From: a bacterium
Lineage (GTDB): Bacteria; RBG-13-61-14; DATKZS01
Reading direction: 5' to 3'
Length of the DNA: 64,000 bases
Assembly (NCBI GenBank): GCA_963674965.2
Contig: CAXXFL010000003.1
Location: 352,001-416,000, forward strand
Shown here: in pieces, positions 8,388 to 18,400 of the stretch
Layout of the letters: every line of letters begins with the position of its first letter
How positions within the stretch are numbered: the stretch's first letter is position 1
Made by a program: the position numbers and the translations under genes
The notes under the pieces: model-generated
The model's database searches: none
Seen by the model: the letters and a program-made list of their open reading frames with translations, nothing else
What the model was told of the DNA's origin: nothing

Positions 8388-10904
8388 TTGATGAATTTGC
8401 AACGCCCATTCGCGGAAGGCCTGATCAACAGGATTATCGACGCCGTGCCCGGATATCTGGATAAGGCCGCCGAGTTCTGGGATGAGTTGGTCCAGAAGTT
8501 CTCCAGCTTCCTGAGCGACTATACCCAAAACTACGACGTGATCATGAACGCCGATAAAATCCTCATGGGGCTTATCGCCCTGGTTGTTCTTGTTCCCGCC
8601 GTTACCGTCTTCGTTCTTCGCCGGCGATCCAACAAGCCTCAAATGATGGCCCGGCCCACCACGCCGAGGGAGGCCAAAAAAGCGGCCAAGCGGGCTTATA
8701 AGAGCGGGAACTTCGTAAGGGCGGGAGAGCTTTACGAGCAGGCCGAGGTATACAACAAGGCCCTGGACATGTACGAGAGGGGCCGGGCCTTCGGCAAGAT
8801 GGCCGGCTTATACGCCAATCAAATGCACATGCCCGAGAAGGGCATCGAGATACTCGAGAAGAACAAGCTTTGGGACCCGGCCGCCAGGATGATGGCCAAC
8901 ATGGGCCGGCACGCCGAGGCGGCGGACTATTATTTCCGCTCCGGCAAGCAGCAGCTCGCGGCGGAGGAATACGACAAGGCCGGCGACATGCTCAAGGCCG
9001 GCGAGCTTTACCTCAAGTTGAACAGGAACGAGGACGCGGCGCGCTGCTTCGGGCGGGCCAAGGCCTGGGCCCAGGCGGCGCGGGCGCAAAACGTTATTTT
9101 AGTCGAGTTTAAAAAGGCCATCGAGGGGAAATCGACGCCCAAGGACGTGGCCAAGTTCCAGGACCTGGCCAAGAAGACGGCCTACTTTTTCAAGCAGGCG
9201 CAAGATTACGGTCCCGCGGCCGATATCCTGTTGTCGGCCAAGATGCCCAAACTGGCCGCCGAGCTTTATCTTCTGGCCGGCGACGAGGCCAAGGCGGCGG
9301 AGCTTTTCCTCGAGGACTTGGATTACAAGCGGGCGGCCGAGCTTTTCAGCAAGGCCGGCGACCGAAGGCGGGCCGCCGAGATCATGGCCCAATACCACCA
9401 GAAGCAAGGCAACGAGCTGGAGACGGCGCGCTACCTGGTCATGGCCGAGGATTACCTGGGCGCGGCGGACATATACGCTGGTCAGAACGAGTACGAGAAG
9501 GCGGCCCAGCTTTTCATGAAGGGAGGCGACTCGAGGGCGGCCTCGGAGATGTTCGTGCTGGCCGGGCAGACGGAAAAGGCCCTCCAGATTTTCGAGAAAA
9601 CCGGGGACCTCGAGTCAGCCATCAGGCTTTGCGAGGAAGCGGGAGACGACTCGGCCCTGGCTGGACTATACGCCCGGACCAAGCGCTTCTTCGAGGCGGC
9701 CGCCCTTTACCAGGACAAGGGGCTTTTCGACAAGGCGGCCGAGTTCCTGGAGAAGGTCTCGGCCGAGGACCCCCGGTTCGCCGAGGCCAACTACAAGCTG
9801 GGCCAGATACTGATGGAAAAGGGGGACTTTCCCGGGGCCCTGCACAAGTTCCAGATCATGGCCTCCCGCGTTCCCCTCAGCGCCCATAGCCTGGACCATT
9901 ACTACATGCTGGCCATGGCCTATGAAAGGAACGACGAGCTCATGTACGCCATGAACCTGTACCAGCAGATCATGGCCTTCAACTACCATTACAAGGACGT
10001 GGCCATGCGCGTCAACGGCGTGGCCAAGAAGCTGGCCGAACATCACGGCGCGGCCTATAACGCCACCCGCCCCGGCTCGGGCTGGGGCCGCCCGGGCGGG
10101 ACCATCGCCGAGCGCTACAAGGTGGTCAAGGAACTTGGCCGGGGCGGCATGGGCGTGGTCTACATGGCGGAGGACACCCACCTGGGACGCAACGTGGCCT
10201 TCAAGGTCATGGCCGAGGAGTTCAAGACCAACCAGCAGATGGTGGCCAGCTTCGTGAGCGAGGCCCGGAGCCTGGCCAAGCTCAACCATCCCTACATCGT
10301 CTCGATCATCGACGCGGGGGAGGAGAGCGGCGTTTACTTCATCATCATGGAGTTCATCGAGGGCAAGGACTTCAAACAGCTCATGGGCAAGAACAAGAGG
10401 CTGCCGGTGGCGGCGGGGGTCAACGTTTTCATGCAGCTCTGCCAGGCCCTCGATTACGCCCACGGCCTTAAGATCATACACCGCGACATCAAGCCGGCCA
10501 ACATTATGTGGACCAGCACCCAGACCATCAAGATCATGGACTTCGGCCTGGCCAAGGTCATGGACAAGATGCGGGAGGGCAGGACCGTGGTGGCGGGCAC
10601 TCCATATTACATGTCGCCCGAGCAGACCCTGGGCCGCAACGTGGACCACCGGTCCGACATCTACTCGATGGGCGTGAGCGTGTACGAGCTACTTACCGGG
10701 AGCGTGCCCTTCATGGAGGGGGACATAGGCTATCACCACATCCACACTCCCCCGACGCCGCCCACCCATCTCAACAACCAGATTCCGCCCGAGCTCGAGC
10801 GCATTATCCTCAAGTGCATGGCCAAGGACCAGAACCAGAGATACCAATCCGCCCGGGAAACCTTCGAGGACCTGACGCGGCTGCAAAATCAGGCAAGGAG
10901 TTGA
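8388..10904 (+). CDS. Membrane-anchored TPR-repeat Ser/Thr protein kinase
   Basis: One N-terminal TM helix, long AAELY/AAEMF-type helical repeats, C-terminal kinase with GRGGMG, VAFK, HRDIKPAN, DFG, GTPYYMSPEQ. Confidence 0.9.
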   Translation: MMNLQRPFAEGLINRIIDAVPGYLDKAAEFWDELVQKFSSFLSDYTQNYDVIMNADKILMGLIALVVLVPAVTVFVLRRRSNKPQMMARPTTPREAKKAAKRAYKSGNFVRAGELYEQAEVYNKALDMYERGRAFGKMAGLYANQMHMPEKGIEILEKNKLWDPAARMMANMGRHAEAADYYFRSGKQQLAAEEYDKAGDMLKAGELYLKLNRNEDAARCFGRAKAWAQAARAQNVILVEFKKAIEGKSTPKDVAKFQDLAKKTAYFFKQAQDYGPAADILLSAKMPKLAAELYLLAGDEAKAAELFLEDLDYKRAAELFSKAGDRRRAAEIMAQYHQKQGNELETARYLVMAEDYLGAADIYAGQNEYEKAAQLFMKGGDSRAASEMFVLAGQTEKALQIFEKTGDLESAIRLCEEAGDDSALAGLYARTKRFFEAAALYQDKGLFDKAAEFLEKVSAEDPRFAEANYKLGQILMEKGDFPGALHKFQIMASRVPLSAHSLDHYYMLAMAYERNDELMYAMNLYQQIMAFNYHYKDVAMRVNGVAKKLAEHHGAAYNATRPGSGWGRPGGTIAERYKVVKELGRGGMGVVYMAEDTHLGRNVAFKVMAEEFKTNQQMVASFVSEARSLAKLNHPYIVSIIDAGEESGVYFIIMEFIEGKDFKQLMGKNKRLPVAAGVNVFMQLCQALDYAHGLKIIHRDIKPANIMWTSTQTIKIMDFGLAKVMDKMREGRTVVAGTPYYMSPEQTLGRNVDHRSDIYSMGVSVYELLTGSVPFMEGDIGYHHIHTPPTPPTHLNNQIPPELERIILKCMAKDQNQRYQSARETFEDLTRLQNQARS

Positions 10905-10906
10905 AA

Positions 10907-11572
10907 ATGATATTCAAGCACAGGGAGACGGGTCCCCTCATGGTGAACTGCTACGTCATCGGGGACGAGAAGACCAGGGAGGCCGTGGTCATCGATCCCG
11001 GCGGAGACGCCGAGGCCATCCTCTTCCTGCTCAAGGAGGACGACCTCACCCTGAAGGCGATTATCAACACCCACTCCCATTTCGATCATATCGGGGGCAA
11101 CTCCGGCCTGAAAAGGGCCACCGGCGCCGATATTATCATCCACCCGACGGAAAAGGACATGCTCACGGGCATGAACACCCTGGCCGAGCAGTGGGGCATA
11201 CCCTTCGAGCCCTCGCCCCCCGCCGACAAGACCATGGTCGAGGGTGACGTGATCGAGGTGGGCGACGTGAAACTCGAGGTCCTTCACGTTCCCGGCCATT
11301 CCCCCGGCGGCGTGGCCCTCAAGATAAGGGACATGCCCATGGTGGTGGTGGGCGACAGCCTTTTCCAGTTCTCCATTGGCAGGACCGACCTGCCGGGAGC
11401 GTCCCATCAGGCGCTCATCACCGCCATCAAGCAAAAGCTCTTCCCCCTCGGCGACGACTGCGAGGTCTACCCCGGCCACGGTCCGGCCACCCTTATCGGA
11501 AGGGAAAGGAAGTACAATCCATTCCTCACCGACGGCGGAGTCGGGGGAGGACCAAGTATAATCATCCCCTGA
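10907..11572 (+). CDS. MBL-fold metallo-hydrolase (glyoxalase II/YcbL-like)
   Basis: Start re-assigned to ATG 10907; THSHFDH, PGHSPG, GDSLF, GRTDLPG, PGHG motifs. Confidence 0.9.
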   Translation: MIFKHRETGPLMVNCYVIGDEKTREAVVIDPGGDAEAILFLLKEDDLTLKAIINTHSHFDHIGGNSGLKRATGADIIIHPTEKDMLTGMNTLAEQWGIPFEPSPPADKTMVEGDVIEVGDVKLEVLHVPGHSPGGVALKIRDMPMVVVGDSLFQFSIGRTDLPGASHQALITAIKQKLFPLGDDCEVYPGHGPATLIGRERKYNPFLTDGGVGGGPSIIIP

Positions 11573-11585
11573 AAGGGAAGCTCCA

Positions 11586-12827
11586 ATGCTGACGGACAAG
11601 GAAATAGTGCTTGGCGTTACGGGCGGCATCGCCGCCTACAAGGCCCCCGAGCTGGTGAGAATGCTGATGAAGGACGGGGCCAGGGTCACCGCGGTCATGA
11701 CCGCCAACGCCCAGCGCTTCGTCGAGCCGCTTCCCCTCTCGGTCCTGACCAAAAGGCCGGTGTTCACCGACCTGTTCGCCTCCGAGAAACCGGGGAGTAT
11801 TAACCATATCGAGGTGGCCGACGGGGCCGACCTGTTGCTCGTCGCGCCCGCCACCGCCAATATCATCGCCAAGCTCGCCCACGGCCTGGCCGACGACGCC
11901 CTCTCGACCATGGCCCTGGCCTGCCGCGCTCCCCTCCTCATCGCGCCCGCCATGAACGTCAACATGTACGCCCACCCGGCCACGGCCGAGAACGTCGAGA
12001 AGCTGAGGTCGAGGGGCGCCTGCTTCGTGGGGCCCGAGGTGGGCGAGTTGGCCTGCGGCTGGGAGGGGAAGGGACGCCTGTCCGACCTGGACGACGTGGT
12101 CGAGGCCTGCCACATGGCGCTCTCCCCCAAGGACCTGAAAGGAAAGCGGGTGATGGTGACCGCCGGTCCCACCCGCGAGTTCTTCGACCCCGTCCGTTAC
12201 ATATCCAACCGCTCCTCCGGCAAGATGGGCTACGCCGTGGCCAGGGTGGCCAGGAGGAGGGGGGCCGACGTCTGCCTCATCACCGGGCCCGTGGCCTTGA
12301 AGCCCCCGCCCGGCGTCGAGATTATCAAGGTGACCACCGCCCGCCAGATGTACACCGAGGCCCTGAGGGAGGCCGAGAAGGCCGATATCGTGGTCAAGGC
12401 CTCGGCCGTGGCCGACTACCGCCCCATCGCCGAGGTCAGCCAGAAAATCAAGAAGACCTCGGACAACAAGCTCAACATCGAGCTGACCGAGAACCCCGAC
12501 ATCATCGCCACCATCGGCCAGAAAAAGAAAAAACAGATACTGGTGGGCTTCGCCGCCGAGACCTCCGACCTCATCAAGCACGCCGAGGTCAAGCTCAAGG
12601 AAAAAAACCTCGACCTCATCGTGGCCAACGACGTGACCCGGACCGACGCCGGCTTCGATACCGACACCAACGTCGTGATGATTATCGACAGAAACGGACG
12701 CCGGGCCCAGTGGCCCCGCATGACCAAGACCGAGGTCGCCTACAAGCTCTTCGACAGAATCCTGGCCATGATCGCCCGCGACCAGAAAAGAAGAAAAAGA
12801 AGCCAGGATAATAGCGTCAACGATTGA
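11586..12827 (+). CDS. coaBC: Bifunctional phosphopantothenoylcysteine decarboxylase/synthase
   Basis: GVTGGIAAYK, APATAN, PAMN, LACG, TAGPTRE, ISNRSSGKMG, GFAAET, IVANDV. Confidence 0.95.
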   Translation: MLTDKEIVLGVTGGIAAYKAPELVRMLMKDGARVTAVMTANAQRFVEPLPLSVLTKRPVFTDLFASEKPGSINHIEVADGADLLLVAPATANIIAKLAHGLADDALSTMALACRAPLLIAPAMNVNMYAHPATAENVEKLRSRGACFVGPEVGELACGWEGKGRLSDLDDVVEACHMALSPKDLKGKRVMVTAGPTREFFDPVRYISNRSSGKMGYAVARVARRRGADVCLITGPVALKPPPGVEIIKVTTARQMYTEALREAEKADIVVKASAVADYRPIAEVSQKIKKTSDNKLNIELTENPDIIATIGQKKKKQILVGFAAETSDLIKHAEVKLKEKNLDLIVANDVTRTDAGFDTDTNVVMIIDRNGRRAQWPRMTKTEVAYKLFDRILAMIARDQKRRKRSQDNSVND

Positions 12828-12896
12828 AGTCAGCGGGTGGACCAGCCGGCGGGTGGCCCAAAAAATCCAAGAGTCCCAAAGGAGCACCGGCCTAAA

Positions 12897-12958
12897 GCCC
12901 AGGGTGACAACCCTGGGAAAATGAGTATACAAAAATCATTTTCAGACCTGAAAGGGCG
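12897..12958. repeat. REP-like palindromic element
   Basis: CCCAGGGT-GACA-ACCCTGGG hairpin followed by CCTGAAAGGG, at the edge of an AT-rich insert. Confidence 0.4.
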
Positions 12959-13112
12959 GCGCAAAGGAAACAACACACATTAATAGCTATCCTATACACA
13001 GCGTTTTAATTAATTGCGCGTGATCTTTTTTACTGACTATAGAAACCACCATATCATTATGGTTATTTATGCACAAATACTGCTGACGCTGCGTATAAAA
13101 TGGAGACCTAAC

Positions 13113-13733
13113 ATGATATTTCCTAAATATATATCAATTTTGCTAATAATTGTGGCCGCATATACGGCCACAATGTGCTCCAATTCCAATGAATTAAAAG
13201 AGTCGTATTTCAAATTGCCGATGAAAAAAGCTTATACCTATACAGGCTATCTTGTTGATATTGGAGAGAAAGCTCAGAGAAGCCATACCGTTACAAATAT
13301 AACCGTGGTTAACAAAACTCTAAACAAATCAACCAATACCTACGAAATTGATATAATCTATTCTTTTAAAGGCAGAGATATAATCATGAGCGATACAATT
13401 TACATAAATATTGATGAGGGTACGGCTTCAGACTCGGAGATGAAAGATAGGTCAATAAAACTTCAGCTTGTCGATCGAAATGATAAAAAGGCCACAAAAT
13501 GGAGCCGCGGTAAATTTAAATACAATATATTAGAGGAATATTCCGCGGAATTCCACGGGCAAGAATATAAAATAACCGTTCTGGAAATATCACCTAAAAA
13601 TAAAGAACTGATCCCCATGAAATATATTTTCCATCTCAACTCTGAGTTAGGCGTGTATAAAAGCATTATTACTGATTATGCCGATAACGTGGAATACCAC
13701 GCTTCCCTTATTGAAATTATACCTCATGAATAA
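13113..13733 (+). CDS. Hypothetical exported/lipoprotein, AT-rich
   Basis: ORF from ATG 13113 with hydrophobic N-terminus ending ATMC; markedly lower GC than its neighbours. Confidence 0.6.
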   Translation: MIFPKYISILLIIVAAYTATMCSNSNELKESYFKLPMKKAYTYTGYLVDIGEKAQRSHTVTNITVVNKTLNKSTNTYEIDIIYSFKGRDIIMSDTIYINIDEGTASDSEMKDRSIKLQLVDRNDKKATKWSRGKFKYNILEEYSAEFHGQEYKITVLEISPKNKELIPMKYIFHLNSELGVYKSIITDYADNVEYHASLIEIIPHE

Positions 13734-14288
13734 CTTATAATACAGCTCTCCTATGTGGTTACGGCGGAGGTCTTACGCCTGAGGGCAATGGGTTACTTAT
13801 TCCCAAAACCGTTTGCCTCTCTCGCCTCACCATCCAGACGTTCATAGCGGCCCGATTCATCGGGCTTCCGAGCGAGCTTGGGCGACGCGAGCTAATAGGC
13901 CCGCGCTTCAGCGCGGTTTACTCGGTGGCCCGCGTTATCGATCGAGGGCGTTTTAACGTCCTTCTCGAGACGAACGCTTCAGCGACCCATTCCCGGGCTC
14001 GATCCGCGGGTGGCCGGTTTTGATAAAAACCTTGCCGTTGAAATCGTGGATGGAATGAAAAAGTCTTCAAAGCCCGTACGTAACTTCAAGAAGTCTCTCG
14101 AGGAAGGCTTCTCCTCGGTGGACGCGTTGGAACTGGCGTCCACGGATTGAGAATAATATTATTCGAAGGCAAGCACGCAATTTTTTTACTTCTCCCTTTG
14201 AGCGGCGCGTTATTATTACGATCGGCGTTGGAGGCGCTTGGCCCGCGTGGTTTTCTCGAAACCGGCCGGGCCATCGAAGCAGGTCGCC

Positions 14289-14328
14289 AAAAAAGAACCG
14301 GCGGCCGACCTCGCGGGGCGGCCGCCGG
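14289..14328 (-). terminator. Rho-independent terminator of the oxidoreductase operon
   Basis: CCGGCGGCCG/CGGCCGCCGG stem followed by a U-tract on the minus strand, 17 nt after the stop at 14346. Confidence 0.65.
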
Positions 14329-14345
14329 GGATGGACTCGGGGTGA

Positions 14346-14906
14346 TTATCCCTTGGCGTAGCTGGCGCCCTTGTCGTAGGCCTCGAGGTTTATCTTGAGG
14401 CGGTCGCCTTTTCCCTCGGAGGTGAGGATGTACTTCATGGCGTCCTTTACCATGTCCTCGGTGAGGACCCCGGTTATCTCGCGGTAGGCCCCGAGCATGA
14501 TCATGTTGGCCAGGTAGGGCGCGTTCATCTCCTGGGCCAGGTCGGTGACGGGGATGCCGTAAAAGCAGCAGTCGGTCTCCCCCTTTTCCGCGTCCTTGAT
14601 GACGGATGAGTTGTACACTATCTTGCCGCCGGGATTGATGCCGGCCTTGAACCTGGCGAAGGTCCCCGGCTCCATGGTGATGGCGTTGTCGTAGTTGGAC
14701 AAGATGGGCGCGGCTATCCGCTCGTTCGAGAAGATGACCGTTATCAGCGCCGCGGCCCCCCGCATGGCGCCCATGTAAATGGGGAAGCGGGTGACGTGCT
14801 TGTATTTCGAGAAGGCCGCCTGGGCCAGCACGTAGCCGATGGTTATGACTCCCTGGCCGCCGGTCCCTCCCACGATAACCTCGTGTCTGTCTCCATTGCT
14901 AGTCAT
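14346..14906 (-). CDS. 2-oxoacid:ferredoxin oxidoreductase gamma subunit
   Basis: GTGGQGVITIG, YMGAMRG, ANMIMLGA motifs. Confidence 0.9.
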   Translation of the reverse strand: MTSNGDRHEVIVGGTGGQGVITIGYVLAQAAFSKYKHVTRFPIYMGAMRGAAALITVIFSNERIAAPILSNYDNAITMEPGTFARFKAGINPGGKIVYNSSVIKDAEKGETDCCFYGIPVTDLAQEMNAPYLANMIMLGAYREITGVLTEDMVKDAMKYILTSEGKGDRLKINLEAYDKGASYAKG

Positions 14907-14921
14907 TTTTCCCTCCCGGCC

Positions 14922-15692
14922 TTAGCAGGGCTTTTCCGTGTTCTTGATTTCCCCGAGGGGGAATTCCCTGGCCATGGTTTCCTCGACGAACCTGGGCCCG
15001 TCGGCGGGCTTGATCTTCTGGTTGGGAGGGCAGGCCGATAGTATCTCGATGAAGCTGTATCCCTTGCCCGCGAGCTGGTTCTCGATGCCCGTGATCAGGG
15101 CCTTCCTGGTCTTGGCGAAGTTCTTGAGGGAGTTCACCGCGCCTCGATAAGAGAAGACCACGCCCTTCATCTGGGCCATGACCTCGGCCATGTGGATGGG
15201 GAACCCCTGGGTCTCGCAGTCCCTGCCCTCCGGCGTGGTGGCGGTCTTCTGTCCCACCAAGGTGGTGGGCGCCATCTGGCCGCCGGTGGTGCCGAAGTTC
15301 ATGTTGTTGAGGAAGATGGTCGTCAGCTTCTCGAAGCGCTGGGCCGCGTTCATGATCTCGGCCATGCCGATGGCCGAGGCGTCTCCGTCTCCCTGCATGG
15401 TTATAACCAGCCTGTCCTTGCCCAGGACCCGCTTCATGCCCGTGGCCACCGCCGGGCCGCGGCCGTGGAGGGCCACCAGGCCGGACATGCCCTTGATGTA
15501 GTGCATGTTGACCATGCTGCACCCGATGCCGGTGATAAGCACCGTCTTGCCCAGGGTATCCGTGGCCGCCAGGGCCTCCATGAAGCAGTTCAGGATGATC
15601 CCGTAATGGCAGCCGGGGCAGAAATGAGGCGGGATGATCGCCTGATGCATGGGATTGGGGGCGTGCAATATTTCCTTGGCTTCTTCATTCAT
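14922..15692 (-). CDS. 2-oxoacid:ferredoxin oxidoreductase beta subunit (TPP-binding)
   Basis: FCPGCHYG, GIGC, HGRG, QGDGD, NNMNFGTTGGQMAPTT, EILSACP. Confidence 0.9.
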   Translation of the reverse strand: MNEEAKEILHAPNPMHQAIIPPHFCPGCHYGIILNCFMEALAATDTLGKTVLITGIGCSMVNMHYIKGMSGLVALHGRGPAVATGMKRVLGKDRLVITMQGDGDASAIGMAEIMNAAQRFEKLTTIFLNNMNFGTTGGQMAPTTLVGQKTATTPEGRDCETQGFPIHMAEVMAQMKGVVFSYRGAVNSLKNFAKTRKALITGIENQLAGKGYSFIEILSACPPNQKIKPADGPRFVEETMAREFPLGEIKNTEKPC

Positions 15693-16765
15693 GAGGCTAA
15701 CCTCCTGATTTCCTCGAGGATGGGAGCGGGATAGAGAAGGCCTAGACCGCCGGGCTCGTTCCTTTTCTCGATCCCGATAAAGCTCAGCTTGTCCTTGCCG
15801 CCCAGCACCCGCTCCACGTCGTAGACCATCTGGCCCTGGTTGTCCTCAACCATGAGAACGCTTTTGACCTTCTTGCCCGCCTCGGAGATTTCCTTTTCCG
15901 GGAAAGGCCACAAGGTGATGGGACGTAAAAGGCCGGCCTTGATCCCGTCCTTCCTCGCCCAGTTGATGGCCTCCATGGCCGTCCGCGCCGTCGAGCCCCA
16001 GGCGATGACCATGATGTCGGCGTCGTCCATCAAATGGGACTCGACGCGGACCTCGTTCTCCTGAATCTTGGCCCATTTCTCCTTCATGCGGGGGAAGTAG
16101 CCCCCGTAGGTGAAGGGCATGTAGGTGTCCATGATAACGGGCCAGTTGTTGTTGTCGCCGCTGGGCTTGATGGCCCAGTTCTTCTCCGGCAACTCGCCGA
16201 AGTCCAGGGTCTTGACCTCGATGGCCTCCGCGCTTTGGCCTACGATGGCGTCGGAGAGGACTATCGTGCACATGCGGTACTTGTCGGCCAGGTAGTAGGC
16301 GAGCTGGACCAGGTCGTGGCACTCCTGCACGGAGGAGGGCGAGAGCACGACGTTGGGGCAGCCGCCGTGGCCCGCGGACTTGGTGGCCAGGTTGTAGTCC
16401 GTCTGGCCCGTGGCGATCGAACCCGAGCCCGGCCCGCCGCGCTGGACGTTGACCACCACGCAGGGCAGCTCGATGGCGTGGGCGCCGGAAAGTCCCTCCT
16501 GCATAAGGGAGTAGCCCGGGCTCGAGGTGCTGGTTATGGCCCTTGCCCCGGCGGCCACGGCCCCCACCAGCATCTGGATCGAGGATATCTCGCTCTCCGT
16601 CTGAACGAAGGTCCCGCCCGCCTTGGGAAGGTTGTTCGCGAAAAACGCCGGGATTTCGTTCTGGGGCGTGATGGGATACCCGAAAAAGAACTTGCAGCCG
16701 GCGGCCAGGGCCCCGTGGCCGATGGCGTCGTTGCCGGTGCACATTATTCGCTTTGTCTCAGACAT
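15689..16765 (-). CDS. 2-oxoacid:ferredoxin oxidoreductase alpha subunit (VorB/KorA-like)
   Basis: GYPITPQ, QTESE, TSTSSPG, QRGGPG, RPITLWPFP. Confidence 0.9.
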   Translation of the reverse strand: MSETKRIMCTGNDAIGHGALAAGCKFFFGYPITPQNEIPAFFANNLPKAGGTFVQTESEISSIQMLVGAVAAGARAITSTSSPGYSLMQEGLSGAHAIELPCVVVNVQRGGPGSGSIATGQTDYNLATKSAGHGGCPNVVLSPSSVQECHDLVQLAYYLADKYRMCTIVLSDAIVGQSAEAIEVKTLDFGELPEKNWAIKPSGDNNNWPVIMDTYMPFTYGGYFPRMKEKWAKIQENEVRVESHLMDDADIMVIAWGSTARTAMEAINWARKDGIKAGLLRPITLWPFPEKEISEAGKKVKSVLMVEDNQGQMVYDVERVLGGKDKLSFIGIEKRNEPGGLGLLYPAPILEEIRRLAS

Positions 16766-16815
16766 CTATTCCTCCCGTCCCGATGAGCATGCATCGGCCC
16801 GTATCGAGGCGAGGC

Positions 16816-17040
16816 TCAACCCGCCTTCTTGTACTTGTAGACCGTTACCGCGAAGTCCGGGCACAGCTTGTTGCAGGCGCCGCAGCCGGTGCAATCGTCC
16901 ATGTTCACCGGCTCGGGGTAATAATAACCCGCCTGGTTGAAGCTCTCCCGGATTTCAAGGCAGTTTGACGGACAGACCGTCACGCAAATCCCGCAGCCCT
17001 TGCAGGCGCTTTGTTTGATTTCGACCTCGAATTTTGCCAT
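16816..17040 (-). CDS. 2[4Fe-4S] ferredoxin, oxidoreductase delta subunit
   Basis: CKGCGICVTVCP and CTGCGACNKLCP. Confidence 0.9.
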   Translation of the reverse strand: MAKFEVEIKQSACKGCGICVTVCPSNCLEIRESFNQAGYYYPEPVNMDDCTGCGACNKLCPDFAVTVYKYKKAG

Positions 17041-17098
17041 GTCTTGTCTCCGTTTTTTTGCCTTTTGAAAAAAACTTCCAAAGCACTATATAGATTGC

Positions 17099-17146
17099 TT
17101 GACAATTACATCACGAATATATACAATAACGACCGTAATTTGTCAA
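17099..17146. promoter_or_regulatory. Overlapping divergent sigma70 promoters
   Basis: + strand TTGACA(17099)-17-TACAAT(17122); - strand TTGACA(17146)-17-TATATA. Confidence 0.6.
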
Positions 17147-17330
17147 GGAAATAATGCGATTGAAAAAACAAGGTGACGGGATATCTATATTACTAATTTA
17201 TTGTAAATAAAGGAGATATAATCTGTAATGAATCTCTGTTCGCTCGTAACCTATCAAAAAGACGAAACTTATGTTAAATGTCGTCTGTATTGTACTATAT
17301 AGTTAACTGTGCAAAATCAGGGAGTACTGC

Positions 17331-18278
17331 ATGGCGGCGCCTAAAAAAATGAAAATAAGCCAACTCGAGGAAATCACCCGAACGCCAAGGACGACCATAC
17401 ATTACTATATCAGGGAAGGACTCCTCACCCGGCCCGACAAAACCGGCAAAACCATGGCCTATTACGACTCCTCCCACGTCAGAAGACTCGAGCTTATAAG
17501 GAAAATCCAAAAGGACTATACGAGCCGGAAGAACAAGTCCTATATGCCCATCTCCCTCTTAAAGGAAAAGCTCGAGGAGGAAACGAGGAAAATCTCGGAG
17601 TACGGCGAGTTCATCTCCGGCGCGGCCGGGGAGGGGACCGGCCCAAAGCGCTCGCGCCGCATGGAGATCATCGAGGCCGCCTTCCGGCTGTACTCGGAAA
17701 AGGGCTATTACTCGACCAACGTTCGGGACATAGCCCGGGAGGCCGGCATCTCGCCCTCCGCCTTTTACATTTACTTTCCCGACAAGCGCGAGCTGTTCGG
17801 AGAGGTGATAGACTTCGTGATCGCGGGCATATCCTCGGACCTCCGCCATGCCCTCGAGGAGGAGGACGAGATGCGGCGGCCCGTGGTTTTCCTCAAGGTC
17901 TTCCGCGACAACTACCCCAAGATGGGCGAGATACTCAGCCAGCTCCGGGCCGGCGTGGCCCTGGACGACCGGTGGGCACGGGACAAGCTGAACAAGGTCT
18001 ACTGGGACATGACCAAGGTCATGGCCGGGGAGGTCAAGAACGCGGCCGACGCCGGCCTCACCCGCGAGACCGACCCCGAGCTTTTGGCCTTCTTCATCGT
18101 GGGCATGGCCGAGATCGTCATCAACCTGACCTCCCTTTACGACAAGTACTCCTACGAGAGGCTCGCCCTCTTCGCCTCCGACCTCTACGTCAACGGCGTC
18201 GCCCCCCGCGACGACCGGAGCCGCGCCTTCTACAAGAAACTCATCGAGGAGATAGTCAAGGCCCTGCCCGAGAGGTGA
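17331..18278 (+). CDS. MerR-TetR fusion transcriptional regulator
   Basis: N-terminal MKISQLEEITRTPRTTIHYYIREGLL (MerR HTH); internal EIIEAAFRLYSEKGY...RDIAREAGISPSAFYIYF (TetR HTH). Confidence 0.85.
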   Translation: MAAPKKMKISQLEEITRTPRTTIHYYIREGLLTRPDKTGKTMAYYDSSHVRRLELIRKIQKDYTSRKNKSYMPISLLKEKLEEETRKISEYGEFISGAAGEGTGPKRSRRMEIIEAAFRLYSEKGYYSTNVRDIAREAGISPSAFYIYFPDKRELFGEVIDFVIAGISSDLRHALEEEDEMRRPVVFLKVFRDNYPKMGEILSQLRAGVALDDRWARDKLNKVYWDMTKVMAGEVKNAADAGLTRETDPELLAFFIVGMAEIVINLTSLYDKYSYERLALFASDLYVNGVAPRDDRSRAFYKKLIEEIVKALPER

Positions 18279-18400
18279 CCACCTTGTCCCGGGTAGCCCC
18301 GTCATGCATTTTCGCAAAACGCATGAGCCATAACCCCGCGATCTATACTCGCCCCCCAAAAGCCTGGCCCAAAACTTGAAGAAAAGCGAGTTAAGTATAA

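Noticed and set aside
10907-11572. Metallo-beta-lactamase resistance gene
   Set aside because: No signal peptide; motifs match the housekeeping glyoxalase II-like group
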